Source: a virus
Taxonomy: Duplodnaviria; Caudoviricetes
Direction: 5' to 3' (one strand)
Length of the DNA: 64,000 bases
Virus record (IMG/VR): IMGVR_UViG_3300027804_000057
Location: 1-64,000 of that record
The notes beneath the pieces were generated by a model. The model made no database searches. It was not told the DNA's origin and saw nothing but the letters and a program-made list of their open reading frames with translations. The position numbers and the translations under genes were made by a program. Below are positions 22,818-34,800 of the stretch, in pieces (the stretch's first letter is position 1; the number at the start of each line of letters is the position of its first letter).

Positions 22818-25800
22818 ATGACAATAAATTACCTAGGCGATCAAGCTAAGAGTCAAGCAAAAAGAGTATCGAATACAGCCAATTCTGCTTTTGTTGCGGC
22901 CAATACGGCTGACCAAAAAGCAGTTTCAGCTGGTGTATATGCCAATTCGGCATATGCGTTCGCTAACACAATTGCTGGAGGTTCAGCAGCTGGTGCATAC
23001 TTACACGCCAACTCATCATACGTTCATGCAAATGCTGGATTTAATGAAGCGAATACTGCAACTCAATATGCACAATCCGCTGGTGTATACGCTAATGCTT
23101 CATATACATTAGCTAATACAAAATACTCATCTTCTGGTGGTACAATCTCTGGTAATGTTGTAGTTACAGGTAATTTAACTGTATCTGGTGCAACAACAAC
23201 TGTAACATCTGAGATTGTTAAGATTGCAGACAACACAATTGATTTAAATAGTAACTTCGAATCTGGCACTCCAACTGAAAACTCTGGTATACGTGTCATC
23301 CGTGGTGATGAATTACCTGTTCAATTCCGTTGGAATGAAGCAAATGATAACTGGGAATTCACTAATGATGGTACAAACTTTCGTTACATAGCTTCAATAT
23401 CTGCAGAGTCTTATGCTAATGGTGCTTTTAGTGCCGCAAACTCAGCATCATCTTATGCTAATGGTGCTTTTGTTGCAGCCAACACTGCTGACCAAAAGGC
23501 TGTGTCTGCTGGTTCTTATGCCAATTCAGCATATGCCAAGGCTAATAGTAGTGTAAATTTTTATGGTAACTCTGGTGTAGATGGATTTGGTTTAGGTGGC
23601 AGTTTCTCCGTACTTGGCCAAAATGGTATTGTAACTTCTGGTGGTATTGGTGGCAACTTTTACATTAATGGTGAACAGATATTCACACATGCTAATGCAG
23701 CGTACAATTTAGCAAACACATTAGTATCGACAGCAATTGATTTATATGCTAGACCACATGTAAATGCCGCATTTATTCTTGCCAATACGAATGCAACAAA
23801 TATAACCATTACTGGTTCATATGCTAATTCAGCATATTTACAGGCAAACACAGCTACAACTAATGCAGCTCAAGCCGACCAGCGTGCAGTAACTTCTGGC
23901 GCATACGCTAATGCATCATACATTCAAGCAAATTCTAGTTATTTACAGGCGAATGCTGCAACTATTAATGCAGCTGTTGCGGATCAAAAAGCAGTCACAT
24001 CAGGCTTATATGCAAACTCAGCATATACACAGGCAAACGCATCATATACTCAAGCAAACACTGCTACGACAAATGCAGCTACTGCAGATCAGCGTGCAGT
24101 AACATCTGGTGTTTATGCTAATGCGGCTTTTGGTGTTGCCAACTCTGCATCATCTTACGCAAATGGTGCTTTTGTTGCAGCTAATACTGGTATAACAAAT
24201 GCAGCGGCCGCTAGCTCTTTTGCTAACTCTGCTTTTATACATGCCAATGCATCATATCAATTTGCAAATACAATTGGTGGTGCAGTTAGAGGTACTTTCA
24301 TTGCACGTAATTATGTAGCTGATGGTATAAATGTAAATTTTGAAGTATCTAATACCGCATCCGAGAGTAGTATATTTGTTACTCAAGATGGTGTTGTACA
24401 AGCTCCCTTTTCAGACTACATAGTTTATGGCACAACATTAACATTTACTCTTGTACCTGCAGCCAATGTTGACATTCAGATTAGAGAATTGTCTATTGCT
24501 GAAACTGCTGCTTCAGATAATGTTGCTAGAGGATTAATTTCTACAGTTAGTTCACATGCCAATGCAGCTTTCAATGTTGCAAATTCAGCATCTTCATCAG
24601 CTATTACTGCAGGTCTAGATGCAATCACTGCATCCAACTTGGCAAATACTGCCAACTTAAATGCAACATCTGCCGGTTCATATGCTAATTCAGCCTACGC
24701 ATTAGCAAATACAATTGCATCTGGTTCAGCTGCTGGTGCTTACTTACATGCTAATGCTGCTTATGATTTAGCTAACACAGCTTCAGTTAATGCACTGTCA
24801 GCTGGTTCATATGCAAATTCTGGTTATACAACAGCCAATACGGCCGCCCTAAATGCTTTATCTGCTGGTTCATATGCCAACGCATCTTATCTAACTGCCA
24901 ACACAGCTTCGTTGAATGCACTCTCAGCTGGTTCATATGCGAATGGTGCTTTTGTTGCAGCCAATACGGCAGACCAGAAAGCCGTAACTTCTGGTGTTTA
25001 TGCTAATGGTGCTTTTCTCTCCGCAAATTCAGCAGGTGTTTATGCTAATGCTGGTTTGTTGGCAGCCAATACTGCTGACGAAAAAGCAGTAATTGCTAGT
25101 TCATATGCGAACTCTGCATATACAACCGCAAATTCTAAACTGTCTTCATCTGGTGGTACAATTTCTGGTGACTTGAATGTCTCTGGTAACTTAACTGTAT
25201 CTGGCCAAGTAACAACAATCAACACAGAAGTTATTGCTCTTGCTGATAACACCATTGATTTAAACAGTAATTTTTCAACAGGTATTCCAACAGAGAATGC
25301 TGGCTTAAGAGTTATTCGTGGTGATTCAACACCAACTCAATTACGTTGGAATGAAACGAATGACAAATGGGAATTTACAAACGATGGTTCTTCTTACAGC
25401 AATATTGGTTCAGCAGCTGCAGAATCATATGCTAATTCAGCCTACGCATTAGCAAATACGATTGCTTCTGGTTCAGCTGCTGGTGCTTACTTACATGCTA
25501 ATGCTGCTTATGCACAGGCAAATATTTCTTCTCAATATGCAGTATCAGCTGGTTCTTATGCCAACTCTGCATACATTCAGGCCAATTCTAGTTACGTTGC
25601 GGCAAACTCTGCAAGCTCTTATGCCAACTCAGCATTCATAGAGGCAAACTCTAGTTACAACCAAGCAAATACTGCAACAACTAATGCATTATCTGCAAGT
25701 TCATATGCTAATTCTGCTTACATACAAGCAAACACAGCAAACCAAACGGCAATTGCGGCAAGTTCATATGCTAACTCTGCTTACATACAAGCAAACACAG

Positions 25801-28800
25801 CAAACACAAATGCGGCAACCGCAGACCAAAGAGCAGTAACGTCAGGTGTGTTTGCTAATAGTGCATATAGTTCTGCTAACTCAGCATCTAGTTATGCTAA
25901 TAGTGCTTTTGCCGCAGCCAATACTGCTGACCAAAAAGGTGTGTCTGCTGGTGTTTACGCCAATAGTGCATATAGTTCTGCTAACTTAGCATCTAGTTAT
26001 TCTAATAGTGCTTACTTGGCAGCTAATACTGCAGACCAGAAAGCAGTTTCTGCTGGTTCATATGCTAACAGTGCTTTCTTGGCAGCCAATACCTCCGACC
26101 AAAAAGCAGTAACTTCTGGTGTATATGCTAATGCAGCTTACACATTATCTAATACAGCAAATCAAACTGCAACTTCTGCTAGTGTCTATGCCAACGCAGC
26201 TTTTGCAGCTGCCAACTCAGCAGTGGATACATGGGTTCGAACAGCTGCAAACAACGCTTCGAATTACGCTAACTCAGCATATTCAACTGCCAACACGGCA
26301 CTAATCAATGCTGGTACGGCTGACCAAAAAGCAGTAACATCTGGTTCATATGCCAACTCTGCATATGCTCAAGCAAACACTGGAACAATTTTAGCGCAAG
26401 CATCATTTGATTTAGCTAATTTATTATCTGGCGGTACTTCAACCGATGGTTTTGCTAGAAATGTTGCTAATGCCGCAAGTTCATATGCCAACTCAGCATT
26501 TGTTGCAGCTAATACTGCAGACCAAAAAGCAGTTTCTGCTGGTGTATACGCTAATGCAGCCTACACACAAGCTAATTCCAATTATACAAGTGCTGTCACT
26601 AAGTTGGTGGTTACATCTCCTGGCTTGTACTACAGTGTTGACCAATATTCAGGAAACAATCCTACAATATATGTTTCTGCCGGTGAAACAATAGCATTCT
26701 TTTTAGATAATGTATCTGGTCATCCGTTCATGTTGCGTGAATCAGCAGGTGGCACAAACTATAATACAGGTTTAACACACGTTTCTGTTAATGGTGTAGT
26801 ATCAACAGGCTCTAGCGCCCAATCTCAAACCACTGGCACTATCTACTGGAAGGTGCCTTTTGATTTGGCTGGTTTGACTTATGTGTATCAATGCTCAGTA
26901 CACTCAGGTATGGTTGGTAACATTGTTATTCAACAACCAGTTTCTCTTGTTGCATCTAATACCACATTAGCTTTTGCTCAAGCCAATGCCGCATTTGCAG
27001 CTGCTAACAATGCAGTAGATACATGGGTTCGTTCTGCTGCTAACTCTGCTTCCAATTATGCTAATGGTGCTTTCGTTGCAGCTAATACAGCTGACCAGAG
27101 AGCAGTTACATCTGGTACATACGCCAACTCAGCATACACTCAGGCCAATACAGCTGCAACGAATGCACTGTCTGCCGGTTCATATGCAAACTCTGCATAT
27201 ACATTAGCTAATACAACTGCACTAAATGCGGCAGCTGCATTTAATACTGCCAACACCAAGTTCAATTCTACTGGTGGTACAATCTCTGGTGATGTAACTG
27301 TTACTGGTAACTTAGTAATTTCTGGTAATGTAACAACAGTTTCTGCAAATAATTTAAGCATACAAGATAACATGATTTATCTGAATGCTAATAATACTGT
27401 TGCCAATCCAGATTTAGGTTTTGCTGGTAATTATAACGATGGTACGTATCACCACACTGGTGTGTTCCGTGATGCTTCCGATGGTACATGGAAGTTTTTC
27501 TACAACTACCAACCAGAACCAGACGCATCACCATATATCGATACCAATCACTCAACATTTAGAATTGCAAATTTAACTGCAAATCTAATCACTGATGTTG
27601 CTGTAATTCGTGGTTACGATCCAATCAACCACACAAATACGGCATATGCACACGCCAATGCTGCGTTTGCTTTTGCTAATACAGTTTCTTCTGGTACTGC
27701 CGTTGACTCTTGGGTTCGTGATGCCGCTAATGCAACTTCTAGTTATTCTAATAGTGCTTACTTGGCAGCTAACACTGCCGACCAGAAAGCAGTCTCTGCT
27801 GGTGTTTATGCTAATGCTTCATACACTCAGGCTAATACTGCAGTTACAAATGCTGGTTCAGCTAGTTCTTATGCAAATGGTGCTTTCGCTGCGGCTAATA
27901 CAGCAGATCAACGTGCAGTTACAAGTGGTTCTTATGCTAATTCTGCATACAGTCAAGCAAACACTGCAGTAACCAATTCTTCTACTGCTGACCAGAAAGC
28001 AGTAACTTCAGGTGTTTACGCTAATGCAGCTTTTGAAGCTGCTAACACAGCAGACCAAAAAAGTGTAAGTGCTGGCACTTATGCTAATGCATCATTCACC
28101 TTAGCTAATACAGCCAATGTTACTGCAACTTCTGCTGGTGTGTATGCTAACGCAGCCTTTTTAGCTGCTAACACTGCAAATGTAAATTCTGTTTCTGCTA
28201 GTTCATACGCCAACTCAGCATACACACAGGCCAACACAGGTACAATACTAGCACAAGCATCTTTTGATTTGGCAAACTCATTATCTGGTGGTACTTCTAC
28301 AGATGGTTTTGCTAGAAATTCTGCAAATGCTGCAAGTTCATATGCTAACTCTGCATACTTACAGGCTAATACAGCAAACACAACTGCTACTAGTTCTGTA
28401 GTATACGCTAATGCAGCTTTTGTAGCCGCAAATGCTTCTATCAACTTCATCACATTAGGCACTGCCAACTCTGCAGCTTCTTATGCAAATGGTGCCTTCG
28501 TTCAGGCAAATACTGCTGCAACAAATGCTGCTCAATCAGATCAACGTGCCGTAACATCTGGTGCATATGCTAACTCAGCATACATTCATGCTAATGCAGC
28601 CTTTGCAATTGCTAACTCTGGCGGTGGCGGTACTACCGACACATTTGCTAGAAATCAAGCTAATGCATCATACATTCATGCAAATGCAGCTTTTGCGGTT
28701 GCTAACTCTGGTGGCGGTGGTACTACCGATACGTTTGCAAGAATTCAAGCGAATGCTGCTTTTGATGCGGCCAATGCGGCATCTGGTGGTGCATTCAACT

Positions 28801-31508
28801 TAAGTGTTGCACTTGATTCTTTTGTTGCTGATGGAAACACAACAACATTTACACTTTCAACAACACCAACAAATGAGAACTACACATTAATTACATTGAA
28901 TGGTGTAACGCAACATAAGTCTGCATACACATTAACAGGCAACGTAATTACATTCTCTGAGGCGCCATCTACTAGTTTACCAATTGATGTTGTAACTTAT
29001 TATGGTGTTCCCGATTCTGCTGGTTCTTATGCTAACTCCGCATTCCAAACTGCCAACTCTGCTGGTGCATATGCAAATGCAGCTTTTGCAGCAGCTAACA
29101 ATGCAACAGACACATGGGTAAGAAACGCAGCTAATGCGGCTAGTTCTTATGCCAACTCATCATTCATTCAGGCTAATACTGCAGACCAAAAGGCAACAAG
29201 TGCTGGTGTTTATGCGAACGCAGCGTTTGCAGCTGCCAATAATGCTGTCGATACATGGGTAAGAAATGCGGCCAACTCTGCTTCTTCATATGCCAACTCT
29301 GCGTTTGACTTGGCCAATACTGCAAATGTCACAGCAACATCAGCTGGTGTTTACGCTAATGCAGCCTTTGCAGCTGCCAACAATGCAGTAGATACTTGGG
29401 TTCGCAACGCAGCCAATTCAGCAAGTTCATATGCCAACGGTTCATTTGGTACTGCAAACTCTGCGTCATCGTATGCTAATGGTGCATTCATTCAGGCAAA
29501 CACTGCTACAACTAATGCAGCTACTGCTGACCAAAGAGCAGTTACTTCTGGTGCATATGCCAACTCAGCATACACTCATGCTAATTCATCTTATGCATTT
29601 GCAAATACTGTTGCTTCTGGTTCTGCTATTGACTCTTGGGTTCGTTTGGCTGCAAATGCGGCAAGTTCTTATTCAAACTCTGCATATGCCGCAGCTAACG
29701 TTGCTGACCAAAGAGCAGTAACATCAGGTGTCTATGCTAACTCATCATTCGAAGCAGCCAACACGGCCGACCAACGTGCAGTAACAAGTGGTTCTTATGC
29801 TAACTCAGCATATACATTAGCTAATACTAAGTTTAATTCTACTGGTGGTACTATCTCTGGTGATGTTAATATCACTGGTAACTTGACAATCACCGGCCAA
29901 ACAACTTACGCAAATACAACAACAGTACTTTTAGGTGATAATATTATTACCTTGAACGCTGACATTCCTGCGGCAACTGCTCCAACAGAGAATGCCGGTT
30001 TTGAAGTTGCACGTGGAAGTTCTACAAATACAGCGATACTCTGGAACGAAACCACAGACAAGTGGACGTTCACAAATGATGGCACCAACTACAGTAACAT
30101 AGGTTCTGCAGCTTCTGAGTCCTACGCCAATTCCGCATATCTTGCCGCAAACACTGCCGATCAACGTGCGGTAACTTCAGGTACATATGCCAATGCCGCA
30201 TTTGGTATTGCTAACTCTGCTAGTTCATATGCTAATGGTGCTTTTGTTGCAGCCAATACTGGAGACCAAAAGGCAGTATCTGCTGGTGTATATGCCAATG
30301 CCGCATTTGGTATTGCCAACTCTGCAAGTTCTTATGCAAATGGTGCATTCGTTGCGGCTAACACAAAACTATCAACATCTGGTGGTACAATCACTGGTGA
30401 CTTGACAATCAACGGCAACATAACAGTTTCTGGATGCACTGCAACCTTAACTGTTGAAACATTAAGAGTACATGATTCTATTGTTGATGTTGCATGGGAT
30501 GTAACTGGTGTTCCTGCACTTGATGCTGGTATACGAGTTGTTCGTGGCGATTCTAATCCAGTAATGTTGAAGTGGAATGAGTCTATTGATAAGTGGACAT
30601 TTACCAATGACGGCACAAGTTACTCCAATATTGGTTCATCCGCAGCAGAAGATTACGCAAATGCAGCCTTCACAACAGCCAATGCTTCTGTAAACTTCAT
30701 TGCAATTGGTACTGCTAATTCTGCAGCTTCATATGCTAACTCTGCATTTGCCGCAGCCAATGCATCAACAAACTTCATTACAATCGGCACTGCAAACTCT
30801 GCAAGCGCTTATGCTAATGCCGCATACTTACATGCCAATGCGGCCTTCGCAGCTGCTAATACAGGTGGTGGCGGTGGTACAACAGATACATTTGCGAGAA
30901 ATCAGGCTAATGCGGCATTCATTCAAGCAAATACTGCTGTGTCTTTGAATGTTGCTGTAGATAGTTTCACTGGTGATGGATCAAACACAGCATTTACATT
31001 AAGTGTAACACCATTCAGTAAAAACTTTACAACTGTTACGTTAGACGGCATTTCACAACATAAATCTGCATATAACGTCAGCAGTAATATATTAACATTC
31101 TCAGATGCACCTGATACTGGTGTTGCAATCGATGTTTCTACATATTATGGTGGTCAACAAGGTTCTGGCCAATATCAAAATAGAAACTACACTGGTGACG
31201 GCACAACTGTAAACTACACAGTCTCAGCAAGAACAAGTGCAAACAGTGTTATGGTAATGGAGAACGGTGTCGTACAGACACCAATCACCGACTATACATT
31301 GACTGGAACAACTTTAACATTCACAACTGCACCAACGTCTGGCACTAAGATTCAGATTAGAGAATTGTCATACGGCAGTGATAGTGCAACTGTTGCATCT
31401 TCGTATGCCAACTCAGCCTACATACAAGCTAACTCTGCATTTGAAACTGCAAACACAAAAGCGTCAACTGGTAAAGCTATTGCAATGGCAATAGTATTTG
31501 GATTCTAA
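22818..31508 (+). CDS. Giant fibre-like protein B (2896 aa), heptad coiled coil with knob, cupredoxin-like and small beta modules
   Basis: Same heptads as fibre A; four type-A and one type-B knobs; a GHPF...YQCSVHSGM domain; DG..T.FTL beta modules; C-terminal GKAIAMAIVFGF. Confidence 0.75.
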   Translation: MTINYLGDQAKSQAKRVSNTANSAFVAANTADQKAVSAGVYANSAYAFANTIAGGSAAGAYLHANSSYVHANAGFNEANTATQYAQSAGVYANASYTLANTKYSSSGGTISGNVVVTGNLTVSGATTTVTSEIVKIADNTIDLNSNFESGTPTENSGIRVIRGDELPVQFRWNEANDNWEFTNDGTNFRYIASISAESYANGAFSAANSASSYANGAFVAANTADQKAVSAGSYANSAYAKANSSVNFYGNSGVDGFGLGGSFSVLGQNGIVTSGGIGGNFYINGEQIFTHANAAYNLANTLVSTAIDLYARPHVNAAFILANTNATNITITGSYANSAYLQANTATTNAAQADQRAVTSGAYANASYIQANSSYLQANAATINAAVADQKAVTSGLYANSAYTQANASYTQANTATTNAATADQRAVTSGVYANAAFGVANSASSYANGAFVAANTGITNAAAASSFANSAFIHANASYQFANTIGGAVRGTFIARNYVADGINVNFEVSNTASESSIFVTQDGVVQAPFSDYIVYGTTLTFTLVPAANVDIQIRELSIAETAASDNVARGLISTVSSHANAAFNVANSASSSAITAGLDAITASNLANTANLNATSAGSYANSAYALANTIASGSAAGAYLHANAAYDLANTASVNALSAGSYANSGYTTANTAALNALSAGSYANASYLTANTASLNALSAGSYANGAFVAANTADQKAVTSGVYANGAFLSANSAGVYANAGLLAANTADEKAVIASSYANSAYTTANSKLSSSGGTISGDLNVSGNLTVSGQVTTINTEVIALADNTIDLNSNFSTGIPTENAGLRVIRGDSTPTQLRWNETNDKWEFTNDGSSYSNIGSAAAESYANSAYALANTIASGSAAGAYLHANAAYAQANISSQYAVSAGSYANSAYIQANSSYVAANSASSYANSAFIEANSSYNQANTATTNALSASSYANSAYIQANTANQTAIAASSYANSAYIQANTANTNAATADQRAVTSGVFANSAYSSANSASSYANSAFAAANTADQKGVSAGVYANSAYSSANLASSYSNSAYLAANTADQKAVSAGSYANSAFLAANTSDQKAVTSGVYANAAYTLSNTANQTATSASVYANAAFAAANSAVDTWVRTAANNASNYANSAYSTANTALINAGTADQKAVTSGSYANSAYAQANTGTILAQASFDLANLLSGGTSTDGFARNVANAASSYANSAFVAANTADQKAVSAGVYANAAYTQANSNYTSAVTKLVVTSPGLYYSVDQYSGNNPTIYVSAGETIAFFLDNVSGHPFMLRESAGGTNYNTGLTHVSVNGVVSTGSSAQSQTTGTIYWKVPFDLAGLTYVYQCSVHSGMVGNIVIQQPVSLVASNTTLAFAQANAAFAAANNAVDTWVRSAANSASNYANGAFVAANTADQRAVTSGTYANSAYTQANTAATNALSAGSYANSAYTLANTTALNAAAAFNTANTKFNSTGGTISGDVTVTGNLVISGNVTTVSANNLSIQDNMIYLNANNTVANPDLGFAGNYNDGTYHHTGVFRDASDGTWKFFYNYQPEPDASPYIDTNHSTFRIANLTANLITDVAVIRGYDPINHTNTAYAHANAAFAFANTVSSGTAVDSWVRDAANATSSYSNSAYLAANTADQKAVSAGVYANASYTQANTAVTNAGSASSYANGAFAAANTADQRAVTSGSYANSAYSQANTAVTNSSTADQKAVTSGVYANAAFEAANTADQKSVSAGTYANASFTLANTANVTATSAGVYANAAFLAANTANVNSVSASSYANSAYTQANTGTILAQASFDLANSLSGGTSTDGFARNSANAASSYANSAYLQANTANTTATSSVVYANAAFVAANASINFITLGTANSAASYANGAFVQANTAATNAAQSDQRAVTSGAYANSAYIHANAAFAIANSGGGGTTDTFARNQANASYIHANAAFAVANSGGGGTTDTFARIQANAAFDAANAASGGAFNLSVALDSFVADGNTTTFTLSTTPTNENYTLITLNGVTQHKSAYTLTGNVITFSEAPSTSLPIDVVTYYGVPDSAGSYANSAFQTANSAGAYANAAFAAANNATDTWVRNAANAASSYANSSFIQANTADQKATSAGVYANAAFAAANNAVDTWVRNAANSASSYANSAFDLANTANVTATSAGVYANAAFAAANNAVDTWVRNAANSASSYANGSFGTANSASSYANGAFIQANTATTNAATADQRAVTSGAYANSAYTHANSSYAFANTVASGSAIDSWVRLAANAASSYSNSAYAAANVADQRAVTSGVYANSSFEAANTADQRAVTSGSYANSAYTLANTKFNSTGGTISGDVNITGNLTITGQTTYANTTTVLLGDNIITLNADIPAATAPTENAGFEVARGSSTNTAILWNETTDKWTFTNDGTNYSNIGSAASESYANSAYLAANTADQRAVTSGTYANAAFGIANSASSYANGAFVAANTGDQKAVSAGVYANAAFGIANSASSYANGAFVAANTKLSTSGGTITGDLTINGNITVSGCTATLTVETLRVHDSIVDVAWDVTGVPALDAGIRVVRGDSNPVMLKWNESIDKWTFTNDGTSYSNIGSSAAEDYANAAFTTANASVNFIAIGTANSAASYANSAFAAANASTNFITIGTANSASAYANAAYLHANAAFAAANTGGGGGTTDTFARNQANAAFIQANTAVSLNVAVDSFTGDGSNTAFTLSVTPFSKNFTTVTLDGISQHKSAYNVSSNILTFSDAPDTGVAIDVSTYYGGQQGSGQYQNRNYTGDGTTVNYTVSARTSANSVMVMENGVVQTPITDYTLTGTTLTFTTAPTSGTKIQIRELSYGSDSATVASSYANSAYIQANSAFETANTKASTGKAIAMAIVFGF

Positions 31509-31517
31509 GGAAATAAA

Positions 31518-31877
31518 ATGGCAAACCCGAACATAGTAGCGGTAACGACAATTAACGGAAACACAACGGTGCAATCAATCACAACAGCTGCAACTGCAAT
31601 TGTTGAAAATGGTTCTGGTAGTGGTAAAGTTTATAAGATTAACTGTTTGATTATTGCTAACGTTGATGGTACAAATGCATCAGACATTACAGTTGACTTA
31701 TATAGAAATTCAACTGCATATAAAATTGTTAATACTGTTTCTGTTGCAGCCGACAGTTCATTTACCGCAATTGACAAAACACTGTCTCTGTACCTATTGG
31801 AGGGTGATGCACTACGTTTGACCGCTGGCAATAACAGCAGACTTCAAGGCGTATGTTCATTTGAGGAGATTTCTTAA
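31518..31877 (+). CDS. Small beta-rich fibre adaptor-like protein (119 aa, MANPNIV type)
   Basis: IIANVDG...ITVDL...IVNTVSVAADSS...LYLLEGDALR...SFEEIS; follows a fibre ending in AIAMAIVFG. Confidence 0.65.
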   Translation: MANPNIVAVTTINGNTTVQSITTAATAIVENGSGSGKVYKINCLIIANVDGTNASDITVDLYRNSTAYKIVNTVSVAADSSFTAIDKTLSLYLLEGDALRLTAGNNSRLQGVCSFEEIS

Positions 31878-34800
31878 TGTTTAATGCTGGTGTTCGTGGT
31901 AAAAGAGCAAAAGACGGTGTTGGTTTTTTATCAACTGCCGAACAGTTTAATCAAAAGAGTTTTCTTGTTCCAACAGTAACATCATTCTCGGTTACTGACG
32001 TTTCTTATGTTCCACTAGATAACACTGCCGTAGATACTGCAGGTGGTGAAACGATTGTTATTAATGGTTCAGGTTTTGCTCCTGGTGCCACAGTTCAAGT
32101 TGGTGCCACAACAATTGGTTCAGTAACATTCATTGACCAAAACAGATTGGCATTCACTGCACCAGCACTCAGTTCTGGCAGTTACACAATCTATGTCACA
32201 AACAGTAATGGTGGTACAGGCATATTATTATCTGGTTTGGTGTATTCTGGATTACCAACATATACAACAACGGCAGGAACACTAGGCACAATCTATGAAA
32301 CTGCAAACATCAATACTGCCGTTGTTGCCACAGGTGATGCGCCGATTACATATTCGGTAATATCAGGTACATTGCCATCTGGTGCAACGCTAAATTCAAA
32401 TGGTACAATCACTGGTAATGCACCAGTCGATGGTTCAAGTACAACATATTCATTTACAATTCAAGCATCTGACGCACAGTTACAAGATTCTACACGTGCA
32501 TTTACGTTAACAATTAATACAGATGTTTTGACTTGGGGACTGGCAAACAATACAGTGTATTCATTGGATGGTGGTACAACAATGTCCAACGTTACATTGA
32601 GTGCAACAAGTTCGGCTAATTCAAACTCTGCTGTGACATTTGCAGCCAATACATTACCGACAGGTGTGTCTTTATCTGGCAATACAATATTTGGAACACC
32701 AACAACAGAACAAACAGTCTATTCTACATTGACTGCTACTGCAACTCAAACAGGAAGAACTGCGACTCGTTTTGTTTCTTGGGTAGTTTCTGTTTCAGAT
32801 TTGTTTTTTAAATATAATACACTAGCAATTCAAGGTGCTGATACAACATTTGTAGATGATGCTAGTACGAATAACTTTGCTGTAACAATTAATGGCGATA
32901 CAAAGCCAAACAGTTTTAACCCATACACACCGGGTTATTATAGTAATTATTTTGATGGATTGGGTGATTGGTTGACAATACCTAATAATACAGGGTTTGC
33001 GTTTGGATCGGGTGCATTTACTATTGAGATGTGGGTAAATATAAGTGGATCCAGTGGAACAGTAGCTAATTATTCAAATGGGCAAACATCCAATTCAAAT
33101 TTTTCATGGGAGTTATATCAGGTTAATTCAACTACTATAAATTTTTCAGTGTTAGAAGGTGCCACACAGTACTCATCCTCATCAGCTTCATTTTCATTAA
33201 ACAAATGGAATCATATTGCTTGTGTTAGAAATGGTAATACACTAACTATTTATGTAAATGGAGTAGCCGGCGGAACTACTGCAAATTTAACCGGAGTTAC
33301 TGTTACTGAACCAGCAGGATCAACACTTAAATTATGTTCATATGGCAATGGTTCAAGTTATGTAACTGGTTATATTTCTAACTTCCGAGTAGTTAAAGGC
33401 ACTGCGGTATATACAGCGGCATTTACTCCAAGCACTACACCACTTACAGCAATATCCGGTACAAGTGTATTAACCTGTCAATCTAATCGTTTTATTGATA
33501 CTAGTACTAATGCATTAACAATAACAGTTACTGGCAATACATTAATAAGTTCATTTGATCCATTCATACCAAACAGTAGTTATAGTACATATGGTAGTGG
33601 ATACTTTGATGGTACTGGGGATTATTTAGGTTTAGGTAGCAATTCTTCATCTTCATTTGGTACAAGTAATTTTACTGTTGAATGCTGGGTGTACATGACT
33701 GCTAACAGCAGTTACAGGATGCTATTAGGAAATGGCACATCTTATTTATGCGTTGTTGATGGTGCGTTAAATGCTTTTTACACTGGTGTAAGTATTTCTA
33801 GTACTAGTACAGTTCCCTTAAATACTTGGACTCATGTTGCATTTGTTCGTTCTTCAGGAACAATGTATTTTTATATTAATGGGATTTTATCAGGTTCAGG
33901 AGCGTTTGGTGGTACGTGGGGTGCAATTGGTGTAAGTAATATTGGCTTTTCAGCGGCATATCCTGGCTTGTATTTTTACACCGGATATATCTCTGACCTG
34001 CGTATAGTTAAAGAAACTGCAGTATACACCACAGCATTCACACCTCCATCAGCACCATTAACCGCTATAGCAAATACAAGTTTATTAACATTACAAAACA
34101 ATCAATCAGTAAACAATAGTGTGTTTTTAGATAATAGTACTAATAATTTTTTAGTGACACGCAACGGTAATGCTACTCAAGGTACATTTAGTCCTTATGG
34201 TGGTAACTGGAGTAACTACTTTGGTGGACAAATGGTTTCAACATTAAGTCCATCTTCTACTAAATTTAATTTGACAGGTGATTTCACACTTGAAGCATAT
34301 GTATTTCTTACTGCATTACCTGGTGGTGATTGGGGCATTTTAGATGCAAGGACCGCAGGAGCTAGTCCAACATCATGGTTATTTGGATTCAATGGATCCG
34401 GTAAAATGCAATACTATGATGGAACCGCACGTGTTGGTGCAACCACAATTACTCTCAACACTTGGCATCACGTATCATGGGTTAGAAATGGTTCTGTATT
34501 ACGTGCATATTTAAATGGTGTTTTAGATTATTACAACGGATCATATGGTACAAGTGCAATTAGTCCGGGTTCAACTGCTCCGGTTATTGGTACTAAAGAT
34601 TATGGCATCAGTGCGGCATGGGGAACAACAGGTTATATTAGTAACCTAAGAGTTGTTAATGGCACGGCTGTTTATACAACATCATCAACAACAGTTGGTA
34701 CAACAATATTTACACCAAGTACTACACCATTAACACCAATTGCAAATACAACTTTATTGACATGTGCTGATAGTAGATTTATAGATGACAGTATAAACAA

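Noticed and set aside
15555-31508. Type I antifreeze / ice-binding protein because of Ala/Thr/Asn richness
   Set aside because: The periodicity is 7 residues with aromatics, not the 11-residue Thr spacing, and the context indicates a phage fibre.
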